Assembly (NCBI RefSeq): GCF_009914755.1
Contig: NC_060926.1
Direction: 5' to 3' (one strand)
Origin: the human T2T-CHM13v2.0 reference genome, Homo sapiens
Length of the DNA: 64,000 nucleotides
The notes beneath the pieces are model-generated. The model saw only the letters and a program-made list of their open reading frames with translations. It ran no database searches and was not told the DNA's origin. Shown here piece by piece: positions 14,692 through 33,355 of this stretch. The position numbers and the translations under genes are program-made. Within the stretch, counting starts at the first letter, position 1. Each line of letters starts with the position of its first letter.

Positions 14692-15362
14692 TATTATAGT
14701 TTTTTTTTTTATGTATTACTTGAACCATACTTGACCCTAGTATTTTATATATGTTAAACAGATAAAGCATAATAATAAACACATGCCAGTTCCCCAAGTT
14801 AGCTGGAATATTGCCAACATCATTGAAATTACCTGGGTGTTTTCCCCCAGCCCTATCTCCCTTCTTCACCTCCAGAGGTAACCATTACCTTGAATTTTGT
14901 TATCATTCCCTTGCTTTTTAAAGTCTTCATTATATAAGTTTGCATTTCTGTACAATACATTTAATTTTGCTTGCTTGTTTGAGGTTTGTAGACTCAGTAG
15001 GACATATGTAGTCCTCGAGCATTGATTAAAAAAAAAAAAAAAAAAACCCTGTTGTAGATTCTGGGATTCATTGATGTTCCTGTGGCTCATTCATTGACAC
15101 TGCTCTATAATATTCCATTGTCCATTCTGTAGTTTATGCTCCTTTAGAAATACTTCCATGATGTGATTTTTATGAGTAATGCTGCCATGAAAATTTCTGT
15201 ACATGTCTCCTGATGCATGTGTACAAAGCTTTCCTAGGAGTCGGATTGCTGGGCTGTAGGAGATGTGCATGTTTGACATTAAAAGGTAGCACCACAAACC
15301 TTTTCAAAGTATTTGTTCTGTTTTGCCTTCCTGCCAGTGAGGTATAAGAAGTGGTTGTTGAG

Positions 15363-16482
<1,120 letters not shown>

Positions 16483-16529
16483 CTAAACCCCGTCGGCACT
16501 TGGTATTAAACTAAAATACCCTCTCGCGG

Positions 16530-16715
16530 TGCTTACTATGTACCTGGTACTGTTATAAATGCTCTTCATATATTGTTTAATTTTCATAATAATCTTGTGA
16601 GATAGGTACTGTTACTCATCCCCAATTTACAGGTGACAAAACAGAGGCGCAGAGAGATTAGCTAACTTGCTTATGGTCACACAGCTAGTAAGTGGTGGGG
16701 CCACGATTCAAACTA
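16530..16715 (-). mobile_element. MIR
   Basis: ccccaatttacaggtgacaaaacagaggcgcagagag...ggtcacacagctagtaagtgg. Confidence 0.8.
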
Positions 16716-19700
16716 AATGTTCTTCCTCTTCAGTCCTACGTAATAGGTGTAAAATGGAATCTTCTTGTGATCTTCTTTTGTATTTTTCTGATTACTGATG
16801 ATACTGAGTATTTTTTCATATGTTTATTCCCTTTTCATGAAGAAGAAATATAAAATTTAAAACCATCTCCCTATTGTTGGGGCACTCAGGTTGTTTGTAA
16901 TTCTCTGCTGTTCATGCTTGAGGGAAAATCATTGGCACATGTAGCTTTTTTATGTCTTCTGTTGGCTTGTTTACTTTTACATTTCCAGTGAAATTAAGAG
17001 TACTTAGTGGTTAAAAATGGCTGTGCTCTTCCACATTGCCTTGTGATCTTGAGGCAATTACTTGCCCTCTCTGTGTTTAGTGTCCTTATCTCTGATCTCC
17101 ACCTTGGAGGAGCCTGTGGTGATTAAATGAGATAAGTGAATGTGCGACAATTTGCATGATACTCTGCCTGTCATAAGAGGGTTCCATCAGAGTCACGTAG
17201 AGACTTTTCCTGGTTCCTTCTTTTCCTTTCTTCCTCGAACCCACATTAGTTACTGTTAGGTCAGAGGACATGAACAAAGTCCTGTGCTTCTGCCAGATAT
17301 GATGACCTCAGGGAATTAGGCCCATTTCAGCTTTTTTCTAAGTATCACCCCAGCCACTGACAGATTTGCTGTATCTGCCCATTTTGTAGTAGGAAAAAAA
17401 ATTAGATTTTAAAATGTTTTACTGGTATGCATGTAGTAACCACAAGAACAACTGCCTCCCCCTCCCCCCATATAAGAATACCCTCTGCCAACGTATAATG
17501 CTCTCAAGAAGTTAGACATAATCCTGGAGTTGCTGTCTGCAGAGGTGGCCAGTTTGGGTATGGAGGGTGCAGACATGGGACTGGGCTAGCCAGTGTGCCC
17601 ATGGGCACACACTCACTTCTGCAAGAACAGGCAGATGTGCACCTCCTCTGCAAGGGTTCCCCTAAAACTCTCTTTCTGCACTCGCTTATTAGTTTTATCA
17701 ATAAATCTTCCGAAGGGAGAATCCTCTTAAGAAATGAATAATTGATCAACCCTAGACAGAACATGCCATAAATACAACCCATTTGCTATTAGAGAGAGTG
17801 GGGCCATCCATTTGGTGGCAAGGAAGAAGGAATTAGCTTTGTAAGGAGGTGGATTCTGAACTCTAGGACTGAGATAAAGGATGAGGCTGGAAAGAGCAGC
17901 CCCTTGAACAGCTGCTGTGGATCAGAGTAGCTGAGCTGGTGGTATGTGTGGTTGGGAAAGTACTGGGTGGAGTTTACTGGCTTAGCAGGGTGGGGTGTTG
18001 CCACCACTATCTTGGAGTCCCATGAGAATTCGCTTCAGGAGATTCCTTTGCAGAGAATGGGCTACTGGGCTCTGAAGGTTGACTACAGGCTAGTTCATTC
18101 TGGCCAAAAACACCTTCTTGGACATGGTTCTTCTAATATGGTGTGTAACTGCTGACAGTCAGCAAAACAGCCCTCCAGACTCTGTTCCTCTTGTAACTTC
18201 CCCTTTCTTAAAGGCCTTAAGAAGGTATAGCCAATCAGGACTTTGCTCTTTCAAGATAACATTCTTGTCTTCTCTCTTCCCTATTTTCCTTTAATAGAGA
18301 ATTGCTGATCTGGTTTTGATGTGTTGAGAGTAAGGAAGGATTTGGGAAACCTGGTGTCATATCTGTATCCTTCACTGTGTTGTTGACTGAACGAGGTGTT
18401 TGGGGAGTGGCGTTCCACACTTTTCCAGCCTTGCCTGGCATCTGGGGGGCTCTGGAGTCCCCTGGGTGGGGAGAGCAGGGTGCTGCTGTTGAATGCCTGC
18501 AGATGTCTGGAGGACCAGCTCTGGGGATTTGGGAGTCTAAGAAGACAGTGCACTGTAGAGGAGGAGGCAGGGGACCTTGTGAGCTAGCCAGGCGGGGTGC
18601 AGGGTCACCTTCAGCACAGGGTCCCCAGCTCTCTGAAGGTGGGAAATGTGACTGGGGTTGGCGATGCTGTATGCACATATGAACTCTTCATGGAGTGTAG
18701 TGAAGAGTTATGTCTCTTCTTGGATCTGAGAAGGGCATTTTCTCTGCCTGAGTAATGTTTCCTGCCTCTCAGTCTCCTAGTAACAAATTCCTGCTGCCCC
18801 TAGGTGATGGGAACACACCTCCAACTTGGGGAAGACCTAGCCTGGGATGGGCATACCCCCTTTCAGTGATATTGTGAAGCAGGGAAGAAACCTGATGGGG
18901 TTGGGTGTGAGGACCCAGCGAGGGCAGGGAAAAGGGGTTTGCACCTGGAAGTTGGCAGTAAGATGTGCAGCACTAGCACCTTGGGCTTCTCTGGAGGCCC
19001 CTGTAGCCTTTGCAGACCTCTACCATGTGTGCATTGTAATGGGTGCCATAATAGCAGAGAGATCACCAACTCTGCCTAGAGCTTCCATGGGTCATCTCAA
19101 AGTATAGGGGTGATGAGGCTTGCACCAGCCAGGTCCCTAGGGAGGAAGCAGTGACAGAGCTTTTTGAATGCATTCTAGAGACTCCGGTAGGTTTTGAAGG
19201 TGTGGCAGATGCCTGGTTCCCTAGGAGCAAATGGTGTAGTTGACCATACACTCTTACGAAAAGATCCCTAACAGAACGTGGCTGTGCACGGTAACTGTAG
19301 GCTCTGGGGCAGCCTGTGGTGGAAAGGACTGGTCAAGGAGGACTTTCTCAGGGAGGGATTGATTCTGTTCCTTGTCTCACTGCTAAATTTAATCACTTAA
19401 CCTCCATAACCACGTTTCATCCCCATCTGTCTGCTAGTGCCTTAGTTCAGGTCCTTATTGTTACTAATCTGGACAGTTGCATAGTCTCCTAACTGGTCTT
19501 TGGGTCACCAGCCTCGAACCCTGCAGTCTGTCTTCTGCAAGATGCCTGAATGCCCCTCCTGAGATGTAAATCTGCTCTCTGTAGCATTCAGGCTGTGGTC
19601 CACACACCTGCCTCCCCTGCCTTTGCGATCAAGATACACTCAACAGCTTATGCATCTCCAAGCCTGCCAGGGCTTATGATTCTGTGCCTTTTCACATGCT

Positions 19701-19964
19701 ATTCCTTCCATCTGGAACTCCTGCAGAATTCTTCCCCTTCTTCCAAAATACCTGCTACTTTCTCCAGCCTCTCTGAGATTTCTTTGAGATAAAACCTTCC
19801 TGGACACCCACCTGCCCACCTGCCCAGATAGCTGTATATACTGAGCCACCACAGGCCCCTGTAGATACTGCTTTCACAGCACTGATATGATTTAGGGCAT
19901 TGACTTATATATAGGCCTTTTTCTTCCTTTTCATCTTAAAACTTTTTGGGGTCCTGAAATACAT

Positions 19965-20522
19965 AGTCTGGTCTATTGTCAGGCAACAAATCACCCCAAA
20001 ACACAGTAGTATAAAACAGTAATCATTTTGTTATGCCCAGGGATTCTGTGGATTGGGAAGTCAGAAGTGACAACAGCATGGGTAGCTTCTATATGTTCCT
20101 TAATATTTAGGGTCTCAGCTAGGAAGGCATAAAAGCTGGAGGTAACTTAATGACTGGGCTGGAATCCTCGAAGGGCTCCTTCACTCACACATTTGGCAGA
20201 TGATGGCAGCTGTTGGCTGGGACCTCAGCTGGGAATGTCAGCTGACTCCTCCATGTGGCCTCTCCACATGGCCTGGGCTTCCTCACAGCATGGTGACTGG
20301 GCTCCAAGAGTGAGAATCCCAAGAGAACCAGGCAGAAGCTGAATTGCCTTTTATGATCTAGCTTTGAAAGTCATGTAGCATCACTTCTATTATCACGAGC
20401 CCACCCAGATTGAAGAGGAGGGAACATAGACCCCCACCTCTCCATGGGGGAAATGTCCAAGTCACACAGTAAGAAGAGCATGTGGAATGGAGGGAATGTT
20501 GTGGCTATCTTTGGAACACACA
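19965..20522 (-). mobile_element. MLT1-family MaLR LTR
   Basis: aacaaatcaccccaaaac...gggcttcctcacagcatggtgactggg...gccttttatgatctagc motifs. Confidence 0.75.
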
Positions 20523-21080
20523 GTATGTCACACGTATTAAGCACTCGATGCATATGAATGGCATTCTTAAACTGAAGATTGAAGCCAGGGTGGACAATGA
20601 GGAAGAGTTATGAAGTTGGTGGCTGGGAGTCTTAAGAGAGGGTATGTTCAAGAGATTGTAGAGTGGAGAAGAGTGTGTGTGTGGTGTGTGTGCATGCACA
20701 CATATGTGTGGTCAGGGAGGGGGCTTGGGGATACATAGAGTTGCTTAAAGGACCGACTGTCAGGTGAGACAATTAAAACATACACACAGAAGGACCCAGA
20801 TTGGGAAGGCAGGGATGGAAAGGGAGGAGATAAAATTGAGAGACAGTTCACATTTAGAATTGTTTGGATCCAATGACTGCACACATTGGAAGAATATGGG
20901 TAACATTTGGGTTGGGAATGTTGGTGAATGCAAAAATAGGAAAGTTGGGAAAGTTGCTCTCAGGAGGGAGAGTTCAGTTCTGTTTTAGACAAGCTGACTC
21001 TCAGTGGGCTTACGGCATGGTCTAGGGGTTGGAGCTAGCTGGAGGGTAGTTGAGAAGTCCAGACAGAAAGCAGACATTTA

Positions 21081-21355
21081 GACCAGGCATGGGGGCTCAC
21101 ACCTGTAATCCCAGCACTTTGGGAGGCCGGGGCAGGAAAATTGCTTGAGCTCAGTGGTTTGACACCAGCCTGGACAACATAGCAAGACTTTGTCTCTACT
21201 AAAAATAAAATCAGCTGGGCATGGTGGTGCATACCTGTGGTCCCAGCTACTTGGGAGGCTGAGGTGGGAGAATCAGTTGAGGCTGCATTAAGCCACGATC
21301 GCGCAACTGCACTCCATCATGGGCAACAGAGCAGCAAGACCCTGTCTCAAAAAAA
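21081..21355 (+). mobile_element. Alu (AluJ)
   Basis: Full dimer. Confidence 0.9.
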
Positions 21356-24328
21356 GGAGCATCTCACAGTGATGTTTGCTGGAGCCCAGAAGGGCATGAG
21401 AATTGAGGGGAAAAGCGGAGGGTTTCTGAGCTGGGATGGGTCTGAGCTGAGGCTTCAAAAGGGCTAAACTGGTCCCCATCCTCCTCTGGCATTGTCCTGC
21501 CTCCCTGCCGATAATTGCCAAATAGCTGCTTGCTTTTCTTTTCCGCATCTCCATTGATAAGAACTTGTTTCCTCTGGTTGTTAGGGGGACTGGTTTCAGT
21601 GCATTTTCTAGTATCTCTAAGTATTAAGCAAATTCTTCCCTAGATGGAACCTAAGCTTTTCTCTCTCTTTACCCATTTTCTAATTCCATCCCTTAAGGCC
21701 ACTCAAAACAAGTCTAATTCTTTTCCCAAACAGTAGGCCTTCAGATGTTTAAAGACTTTCTGGAGTTTTATCTTGTTCAGAACCAAAAGGGAGCTGTTCC
21801 TCTTGTGGTTTTGAACCCTCATGCTCGCCTTCCTCTCTGCCCAGAGGGTGCGGCCCCACAGGGAAGCCTCCATTCAGTGGGGGACTGTCTGGGTCACAAG
21901 CAGGGCTGTCACTGCTTGTGCTGTAGTCCTGTTCAGGTCAGGTCATAGCTGTGTGTGTCAGACTGGGTCAGAACCCATTAGTAGACCCCGAAATCAACTT
22001 AGAAGGTTGCAACCTGCATTTAAAAATAAAGAAGAAAGATACATTAATGTATCTGTTAAGGCGAAGTACTGTTTTACAAAACTTGTATATAAGTAGCTAA
22101 TGGATCACAGCATAAAATGTATTTCTTACTGTGGATTGTAGTGAAAATTTTTGAAAAAAACTGGGTTATAAGACCCTTTGAAGCTGCCACATCACATCAT
22201 ACTGGGTGTGCCATCAGTTAGCTCTCAGGATTTTACCTCTTCTGATTCCTAAGACATTTTTATGGGTACCGCTGCTGCTATTATGTGCTTCTTCCATCTT
22301 TAATTTATTTGCACAGATGTGGCTTGGGGCCTAAGTATGAGACCCTGTTTACCCTTTTAGATTTTTTTTCTTTCTAGCCTGTTGACCTTTTGGCACCTGG
22401 TTCTGTCACTCAACATAGCTTTATCCCTTCTATTTTCAACATCTACTTATTTATTAAGTGAGCCTTCTCTATCATTATTGATAAATATGTTGAACAGGAT
22501 AGTTCCAAGAACAGAGCCCTGTGGCAGACCACTAAAGACCCTTCTCCCAGTTGATACACCTCTTGTACCCTTTGAGCATGGTCATTTAACCAGTGGTGAA
22601 CCGGCCCTTTCAGCCTGTAGTTCTCTGTAGCTGGCCTCAAAAGGGTCATGGCAGACCTTGTGAAACTTGAACATCCACAGCCGAAGTTGCAAAGTCAAAG
22701 GCCTACAGGGGGTTGGCAGGTAACACAAGTGAGTGAAGTGATAATTAATTCAAGCAATTAATAAGTAATTCCTGACCCCAGCCTTGGTTTCAAGAAGGCA
22801 GTGTGGAGTGGGGAAGCTGGGGGTGAGTTGGAGTAGTTATATCCTATGTAAGGAGTAGCCACTGCTCAGTTACAGACATAGTTGCCCATAGAAGTGTGGA
22901 TCTTCAAGAAAATCCAGGTTTCATGTGGAATTTGATTTTTGAATGTTGGCAAAACAAAAACATTAACACCATATAGGCAAGTAAAACAAACTTGTGGGAG
23001 ATTTGGCCCGAAGCTCTCACCTTTGTGACCTGTCAGCCACAGTATCTCCCCATTTACTGTCCAATGACCCCATGACTCAAAGCACTAAGATTGTTTGGAT
23101 GTTGGTAGGTTAATGGCCTTCTGTGGACCTGACTCCTTGTGGTTCTTACCTGGGCTGTTCTTAAATGCAGCAGACTGAGAGTTGGGAAGGACGCTTCTCC
23201 TTCTCTTGCCTGTTGGCCCCGTCTCCTGCTGGCAGGTTTCCTCCAGCATTACTGACAGGTGTTGAGAAAGGTATCAGTGGGATCTCTTGGTTGGGAAATG
23301 GGAATTTAGAGTTTCTTAAGATCTTCCTATCCATACTGGCTTCACTTACCTCATATCTACATCTACTTTTCCCTTTCTCCTCTTTTTGGTCCGAGGAGCA
23401 TTTTCCTTCCCAGGGAATTCAGAGGCACAAGAGCCATCCTAGCCCTTCCTTGTTCTTATTCACACACCAAAAATAACTTTTTAAATCCCTTTTAGTTGTC
23501 TTGACCATTTTGGGGAAGCCTCCACTCATGTAGCATTAGTCTCCCTGACACTGTTTTTGTAAATCTGTGCTACTCTCGGGTGTTTCTTCTTGGTTATGCA
23601 TGCTCTTTCCGTCTTCCTACATAAGCATGTAAGATTTGACCACTTCAGATTGTATAGCCTTGTTAGCCACATTAGTTTAGGCTTCTAAGAAAGAAGAGAG
23701 TGCTGGGTGATCTGCCACATTCCTAGACTTCGGAAAAGTAGTCTCCCACTGGGGTCAGGGAAAAGCTGATATATTCCATGGCCTGTGGGGATGGCAGGCC
23801 TTTCCTTTGCCTGAGTGTTACTGCTCCAGCTGTGGGCAGGAAGCACAGGAGTCATTGAGATTTGGACCCTGCCTGCCTGGAGCCACCATCAAGTGGGGGA
23901 GGGAGGCAGCTGCTTGAACAAATAACAGTAGTGGCATGCGATAAGTGCTAATGAAGGTGCCCTGGGAATCCAGGGAAGGAGCCACAGATAATTCTATGTA
24001 GTAGGTAGGGGAAGAGGTGACACTGAGCTGATAAGCCAGGGAGGCCGCTCTAAGAGGCTGAGAAGGGCATTCCAGGCAATGAGAACTGCGTGTACAAAGC
24101 CTGGTGACATCAGAGAACATGGCCTGTTAGAAAAGCATGAGGGTCTTTTGTGGCCAGAATGGGGGCAAGGGTGAGGATGAGACAGGAACTGCGGGCTGGG
24201 GCCTCTGCTAACCTCCCACAGAGCTCATCCCAAACCCTAGTTTCCCACCACACTTAGGAGCCCATGATGGCCTTGTCTGACAGTCTTAGCACTGGCATCT
24301 TTTTAGCCACCTACTTAAAACACTTTGA

Positions 24329-24670
24329 GGCCAGACACAGTGTCTCACACCTATAATCCCAACACTTTAGGAGGCTAAGGCCAGAGGATCATTTGAGGCC
24401 AGAAGTTAGAGATCAGCCTGGGCAACACAGCAAGACTCAGGCTCTAAAATTAAAAAAAATAAAAATAAAATAAATTAGCTGGGCGTGGTACATGCATCAA
24501 GTCCTAGCTACTTGATAGGCTGAGGTGGGAGGATCGCTTGAGTCCAGGAGTTCAAGGCTGCAGTGAACTGTGATCACACCACTGCAGGAGTTCAAGGCTG
24601 CAGTGAACTATGATCATGCCACTGAACTCCAGCCTGGGTGAGAGTGTGTCTGTAAAATAAATAAATAAAA
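24329..24670 (+). mobile_element. Alu (AluJ) with internal 40-bp tandem duplication
   Basis: Dimer; TSD taaaacactttg. Confidence 0.9.
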
Positions 24671-24884
24671 CACTTTGTGTTATACTTGAGGGACTGATTT
24701 CTTATTTAGCTTTTTATTTTCACAGAATTTAAAAATTTATAGAAAAATAGCAGGGATCATACTTGGGACTTCACATACCCCAAATGTGTAGGTTTTGTCT
24801 CATGTATTTATCATCTTGTCTGTATAGACATATTTTTCCATATGCATATGGTTTTTTTCTGAATCATTTGAGATTAAATTGAGT

Positions 24885-25225
24885 ACATGATGTTCCTCAA
24901 CTTATGACTGAGTTACGTCCCAATAAACTAATCATCAATTGAAAGTATTGTAAGTCAAAAATAGGCATTTTATAGACATGATGGGTTGCTAAAACACAGA
25001 ACACAATATCCAGAAAGCCCTAACAGCATGGAACACTGTGGAGCCTCAGTCGTTTACCTTGGTGATGGCGTGGTTGACCAGGGGATCTGGCTTGCTGCCA
25101 CTGCCCAGCATCGCGAAAGTGTTGCTAGCCTCAGAAAAGATCAAAATTCAAAGTATGGTTTCTATTGAACGCCTGTCGCAAAGTCAGAATCTTAAGTGGA
25201 ACCATCGTAAGTTGGGGACTGTCTG
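24885..25225. mobile_element. Tigger4/Zombi (MER46-like) MITE
   Basis: cctcaacttatgactgagttacgtcccaataaac...aaccatcgtaagttggggactgtctgta termini. Confidence 0.7.
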
Positions 25226-26728
25226 TACTGTCCCTTTACTCCTAAATACTTCAGTATGTGTATCCTGAGAACAAGGGCATTCTCTTACATAACCCATTGT
25301 CTAATGATCCAAGTCAAGATTAGGGATGACAGAATATTATCTTATCCACATCCATATTCACATTTCATGACTTGTCCCAAGTAAAAATAGTGTGCTTTTC
25401 CCCAGTCTAAGGTCTAAGCCATGAACACGCATTTAGCTGTTCTTTTTAAGGGAAGAGATTGTTCTCTTCAAAAAATTTCAAAGTCAAGAAAAACAATACA
25501 GGTACTTTCTAGAACGCCCTTCAATTTGGGTTTATCTGATGTTTCCTTGTGATTAGATTCAGGTTATACATTTTGGCAGGAGTTCTATGTGAGTGGTGTT
25601 AAGTCATCCGCAATGTCTTACATCAAGAGGCACATGGTGTTGTTTTGTCTCAGTATTGGTGATGATTGTAACTTTGGTCATTTGGGTTAAGGTGGTGTCT
25701 GTCTACCAGATCTCTCCACTACAGTTACTATTGTAATTATGTAATTTTAGAGATGCTTTGAGACCGTGTATACATCCTGTACCTCATCATGCTTTCACCT
25801 GCTGCCACTGATGTCTTTTTAAATCCATCAGTCCTTCTGTGTTTTCTCTTAGCATTCTACAGTAAGGAAGAGCTTTCCTTTCCTAAGGGATGGGTCTGCA
25901 AACTCAATTTCACATCTTTGTATTCACTTTTCTCTTCCTCTCATCCTTCCCCTTTGGTGTGCTTTTGGGGATATGAGGTATATGGTGGTGGCTCTCGTGC
26001 TTGGGGAGAGGCCTGAATCCTTCTCTAAGCAGCAACTTGCTTGTCTTTGGCAGGACTGACCTGGCATGGGGCTAAACGCATGCTGTGTCAGATCATCGGC
26101 GTTTCCCTCAGGCCTGGGGCTGTGTGTGGGAATGTGGTCTGTTGCCAGCTTTCTGTGCTCAGCCTGGGCTTAAGTGAGGACAGTTTTAGGGGGAGAAAAG
26201 AACTATGGGTCCCCACTAGGAAGCCATGGCTGACCCATGGTCCAGGCTGAATTTGTTCATCAAAGCTCCTCTTTCCCTACCCCTACGAACCCACACTTCA
26301 CACTTAGAGCACGTGTGTACACACAGGCTTGGTTGGATTTCTTTCCATCTTGACAAAAAACAAAATAAAGTCCTAGTGTGACTTTGATCATTGTGAATTA
26401 AGGACCTTTTTGTGTGTCTCTGGTTTTAGGAGAGCCTCATTTGTGTGATTGATCTGAGGCTCTAAAAGTTTCTGAGCAACATTAAGAATGTCTCATTAGG
26501 ATCTTCTCTTTAAAAATATCTTAAAGATCTTCTTTTTGTTTCTGCTGGTGAAGCTCCCTAGGGAACCAGAGACATGGGAAGATGAATTGGAGGCTCAAGA
26601 AGTACCAGAGAGAGGATTTGCAAGAAAAGTTGGGGTCAGATGTGCACCTGAGTGGTATGAAGCAGGGAAATGCTTTTCAAATAGTGTGGTTCATTTTTTT
26701 CCTTTTTCCCCCTTCTCTCTCTCTTTAG

Positions 26729-28912
<2,184 letters not shown>

Positions 28913-28944
28913 TGAGCTAGGATTTCTAGGCCCTGCCTTTCATT

Positions 28945-29760
28945 TGGCAAACATTTATTTGTGCCAACTGCCACACTGGGTTCTGGGAACACAGAAATGA
29001 GCTCATAGCCTAGTGGAAAAGACATTGAAAGAAATTGACGTGATACTGTGCGTGTATGCCACGTCGGCTGAGATGGGCATAGGTGCTTTAATACACAAAT
29101 GGAGTTGAAGGCATAATAGAGGCCTTCTTGTAGGAGGTAGTACTTGCGCCGAGCCCTACAGAGCCATCAGATAGAAAGGACACATTCTAGAAGAGGGAGT
29201 AGCTTGGGCAACAGCTTAGTGGCTATGAGGGAGTGGAACTTACTTGGACTATTCTTGGTTCAGGCAGGAGCAAAAGGGGTTGGGTATATGTGGAGATGAA
29301 CAAAAGGTGGCTTGGTGGGTGAGGAGGATGGTGTCAGGGGCCAGATTGTGTAGGGCCCAGGGAGCCAAGGCCAAGAGTTTGACTTGACCCCATAGGTAAT
29401 AGTGAGCTCCTGAGGATTTTAAAGCAAGGAATGCCCTGTCACCTTGTGCTTTTGAAAGACTTCTGGCTTATGGTGGGGAGGGAAGCTTGAGGGCACTGAG
29501 GAGACATAGCTGTAAGAAAGGTGTTGTCATGAGCCAGGCAAGAAATGACAAGGGCCTGGCCTGAAAGAGCCGGTGGCAGAGGGAGGGGTTGGAAGGTCTC
29601 CAGAGGAAGGCTTGTGGGAGGAGGGGATGAGACACTGCAGGTCTCTGCCTGGGGGTGGTGGTGTTCACTGATAACTCGGATTGGGAGGACAGGAAGTGAG
29701 TTCCCACTGGACGAGCCACATCTGAAGTGGCCAGAAGACCAGGTCAGGGTCTGAGTTACA
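28945..29760. mobile_element. L2 relic(s)
   Basis: caaacatttattt..., ggccagattgtgtagggcc...tttgacttgaccccataggtaat; highly diverged. Confidence 0.5.
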
Positions 29761-30619
29761 CGTTTGGACCTAGTTAGCATGCAAGTCATGGTTGAAGCGG
29801 TGCCGTGTGTGAGAACGCGTTGAGGAGTTGAGTCCACTTCTAAGCCTTGCCTTCTGGAATGAGAGTAGGGTGCAGGGCCACTGAGGACCACTCCCCAATA
29901 AGCATACTGTCTCTGGGAAGTCCTGGAGGCAGTAGTAAGCTCCAGGTCCACTCGGCCCCCACACTCTGTTTAGGGAGTGTTCTGTAAAAGATATGTGTGT
30001 TTCAGATGTTGACAGAAAACACAGTGGTGCTGGCGATGAGCATATTGAATTCTTGTGATTTTGTGATACACAGACGGGTCTTGGGAAAAGGCTGTCTTCC
30101 CTACTTGTGAAAAATACGTAAATATCAAGTAAGTCATGTACTTGCTGGGATGTTGTTTCCCGGTCAGTAGGGAGGAGCTGGGCTGTTCTGCCTCCTCCAG
30201 CTACCCCTCCCCGATCCTGGGGTACGAGGCAGAGGGGTGGGTGACAAGGAGTCACATGCAGAACAAGGAAAATCTGGCCCCAGGGCTCTTACTTGGGGGT
30301 GAACAGATATGCTGCCAGGCACTCAAGAGACATGCTCCTAGATGATGGTTCCCACTGGCCCTGTCCATTCTTAGATATGACTAGTAACGACATGACTTCG
30401 AGGGCCCTCTTATTTACCAGCATATGGGGGAAACTTGTTTTGATCATGGGGTCCGCTTACCCTTTTCTCTGTGCGTGTATGTGTGTGTCCCATCCGCCTG
30501 TGTTTAGCACCTCGTTTCTCCTTCTACAACGTGGGAAATATCCTTACCTAGTGTTTTAAGACATAGTTGATCCTTAGCCAATATTTTAATTGTTGAATTT
30601 AATTATATGGATATTATGT

Positions 30620-30830
30620 GTGGTCAAACTAGTTTTTAAATTTGCATCCCAACTCCATCACTTACTAGCTGGGAGTGCTTGGGCACTTTACATAACCCAT
30701 CACGGTTTCTGCTTCCTCATATGTAGAATGAAAACGATAATAGTACCGGCCTCACCAGGGCTGTTGTGAGGATGAAATTCGTTACTATGTGTAAAGCACT
30801 TAGTGCTGTGTTGGCACAAGAGTGTCAGCT
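30620..30830 (+). mobile_element. MIR
   Basis: cacttactagctg...ttcctcatatgtagaatg...gggctgttgtgaggatgaaat...tgtaaagcacttag. Confidence 0.7.
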
Positions 30831-30989
30831 GTTATCAAGCCTATCAAGTCCAATAGGGCAAGAAAAGTAAAACCATACCTTGTAAAGGAAAAAAAAAAGT
30901 TGGCTGTTCCTTTAGTTACCATATATTAATTACCTAGCCATGTATAACTACCAATAAGGATAAAATTAAGAGAAATGGTTCATCACTGA

Positions 30990-31302
<313 letters not shown>

Positions 31303-32079
31303 TATGGTTTACTTAAGGAAAAAAAAAAACAACAATAAAATATTTAGTTACCCACTCAGCCAGTGTGTGCTGAGTGCCTTTTACCTCCGAGGCCCATGCT
31401 GTTGTATGGAAGTGGCTATATCGCAGGGGTACCCTGTAGCACAGACTTAGTTGTCATCATGGGAGATCATGTTTTATCTGGGAAACTCTTGTTTAGAGCT
31501 GGGTTTTGAAAACTGTGGTGAACACAGATGGGGAGAGGCAGAAAGGCTTTCCAGACTGAGTAGTGCATAAGCACAGTCTTGGGGCAGAAGGAGCAAGCTT
31601 GCAGGATGGGATGTTGCAAGGGTGACCTGAAACCTCTGTTCTCCTGCATTCCTCGGATGAGGAGCCTCCACCAGAGAGGATACATGTTCGCTTGTAGGCA
31701 GTGAGCAAAAATGCAGGCATCTGTCAGCATCAGAGAAACCAGACCTCCAGGAACTGGGAGCTAACAACACTTTGTATTATTAAATTAGAGGAAAATACTT
31801 AGGTAAAAACAGCAGAAACAAATTTGAACAATCATCTCAGTTGAGTTTTAGAAAATGGAAAAAAGACTAGAAGAAAATATATGAACAGTGGATTGTCTGT
31901 ATGGTCGGAGTATGGATGACCTTTCCCTCATGTGTTTTCTGAATTTTCTACAATGAAATTTGTGTTGTATAACCCAGAAATATTTGTGAAAGTGCATGCT
32001 AGCAGTAGCATGGAAGGTGGATTGGTGAAGGGTGATAACCCTGTGGTAGGAGACCCGTTAGGAAGCTTTTGAGAGTAAA

Positions 32080-32290
32080 AGTGTTTATGAAGCACCTGCT
32101 CTGGTCTAGGCACCCTGCCAAGTACTTAATAGTCACCACCTCACTTAATCCTCATAGCAGCTCTATGAGGTAAATACTGTCAGTGGCTCCATTTTAGCCA
32201 TGAGGAAACAGATTAAGTAATTTACCAAGGTCATACAAACTAGTGAAAGTGAGATTTGAACCTAGGCAGTTGGACTCTTAACCACCATGT
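32080..32290 (-). mobile_element. MIR
   Basis: ttaatcctcatagcagctctatgaggta...ccattttagccatgaggaaaca...ccaaggtcatac. Confidence 0.7.
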
Positions 32291-32355
32291 CATATTGTGA
32301 TTGAAATTGGTCAGTTGGGAAACAAGTCCTCACTAAAACAATGGTAGTAGAATGA

Positions 32356-32727
<372 letters not shown>

Positions 32728-33039
32728 AACAGGTGCTTCTTCAGTTGGTATGGTAGAATTTGTCTTTGTGAATTCAGGCTCAGAACAAGGCTTAGAAATC
32801 AAGGTGCTCACTCTGGGATGACAATGGGAAAATCCCATACTCCAGAAATTCATCCCCTCACCAGTGGTAGGTAGAGAGTTATAGGTTAATATAAGGAAGA
32901 ATTTTCCATAGAAGTGGGGGTGAAATATGGAGACTCCATGAAGCCATCTAAGAGCTGATAACAGAATATGGGAACAACTTTATAAAAGCATACAAGTTCC
33001 TATAGCCAAAAAAAAAAAAAAAAAAAATGGTGGGGGAGG

Positions 33040-33355
<316 letters not shown>

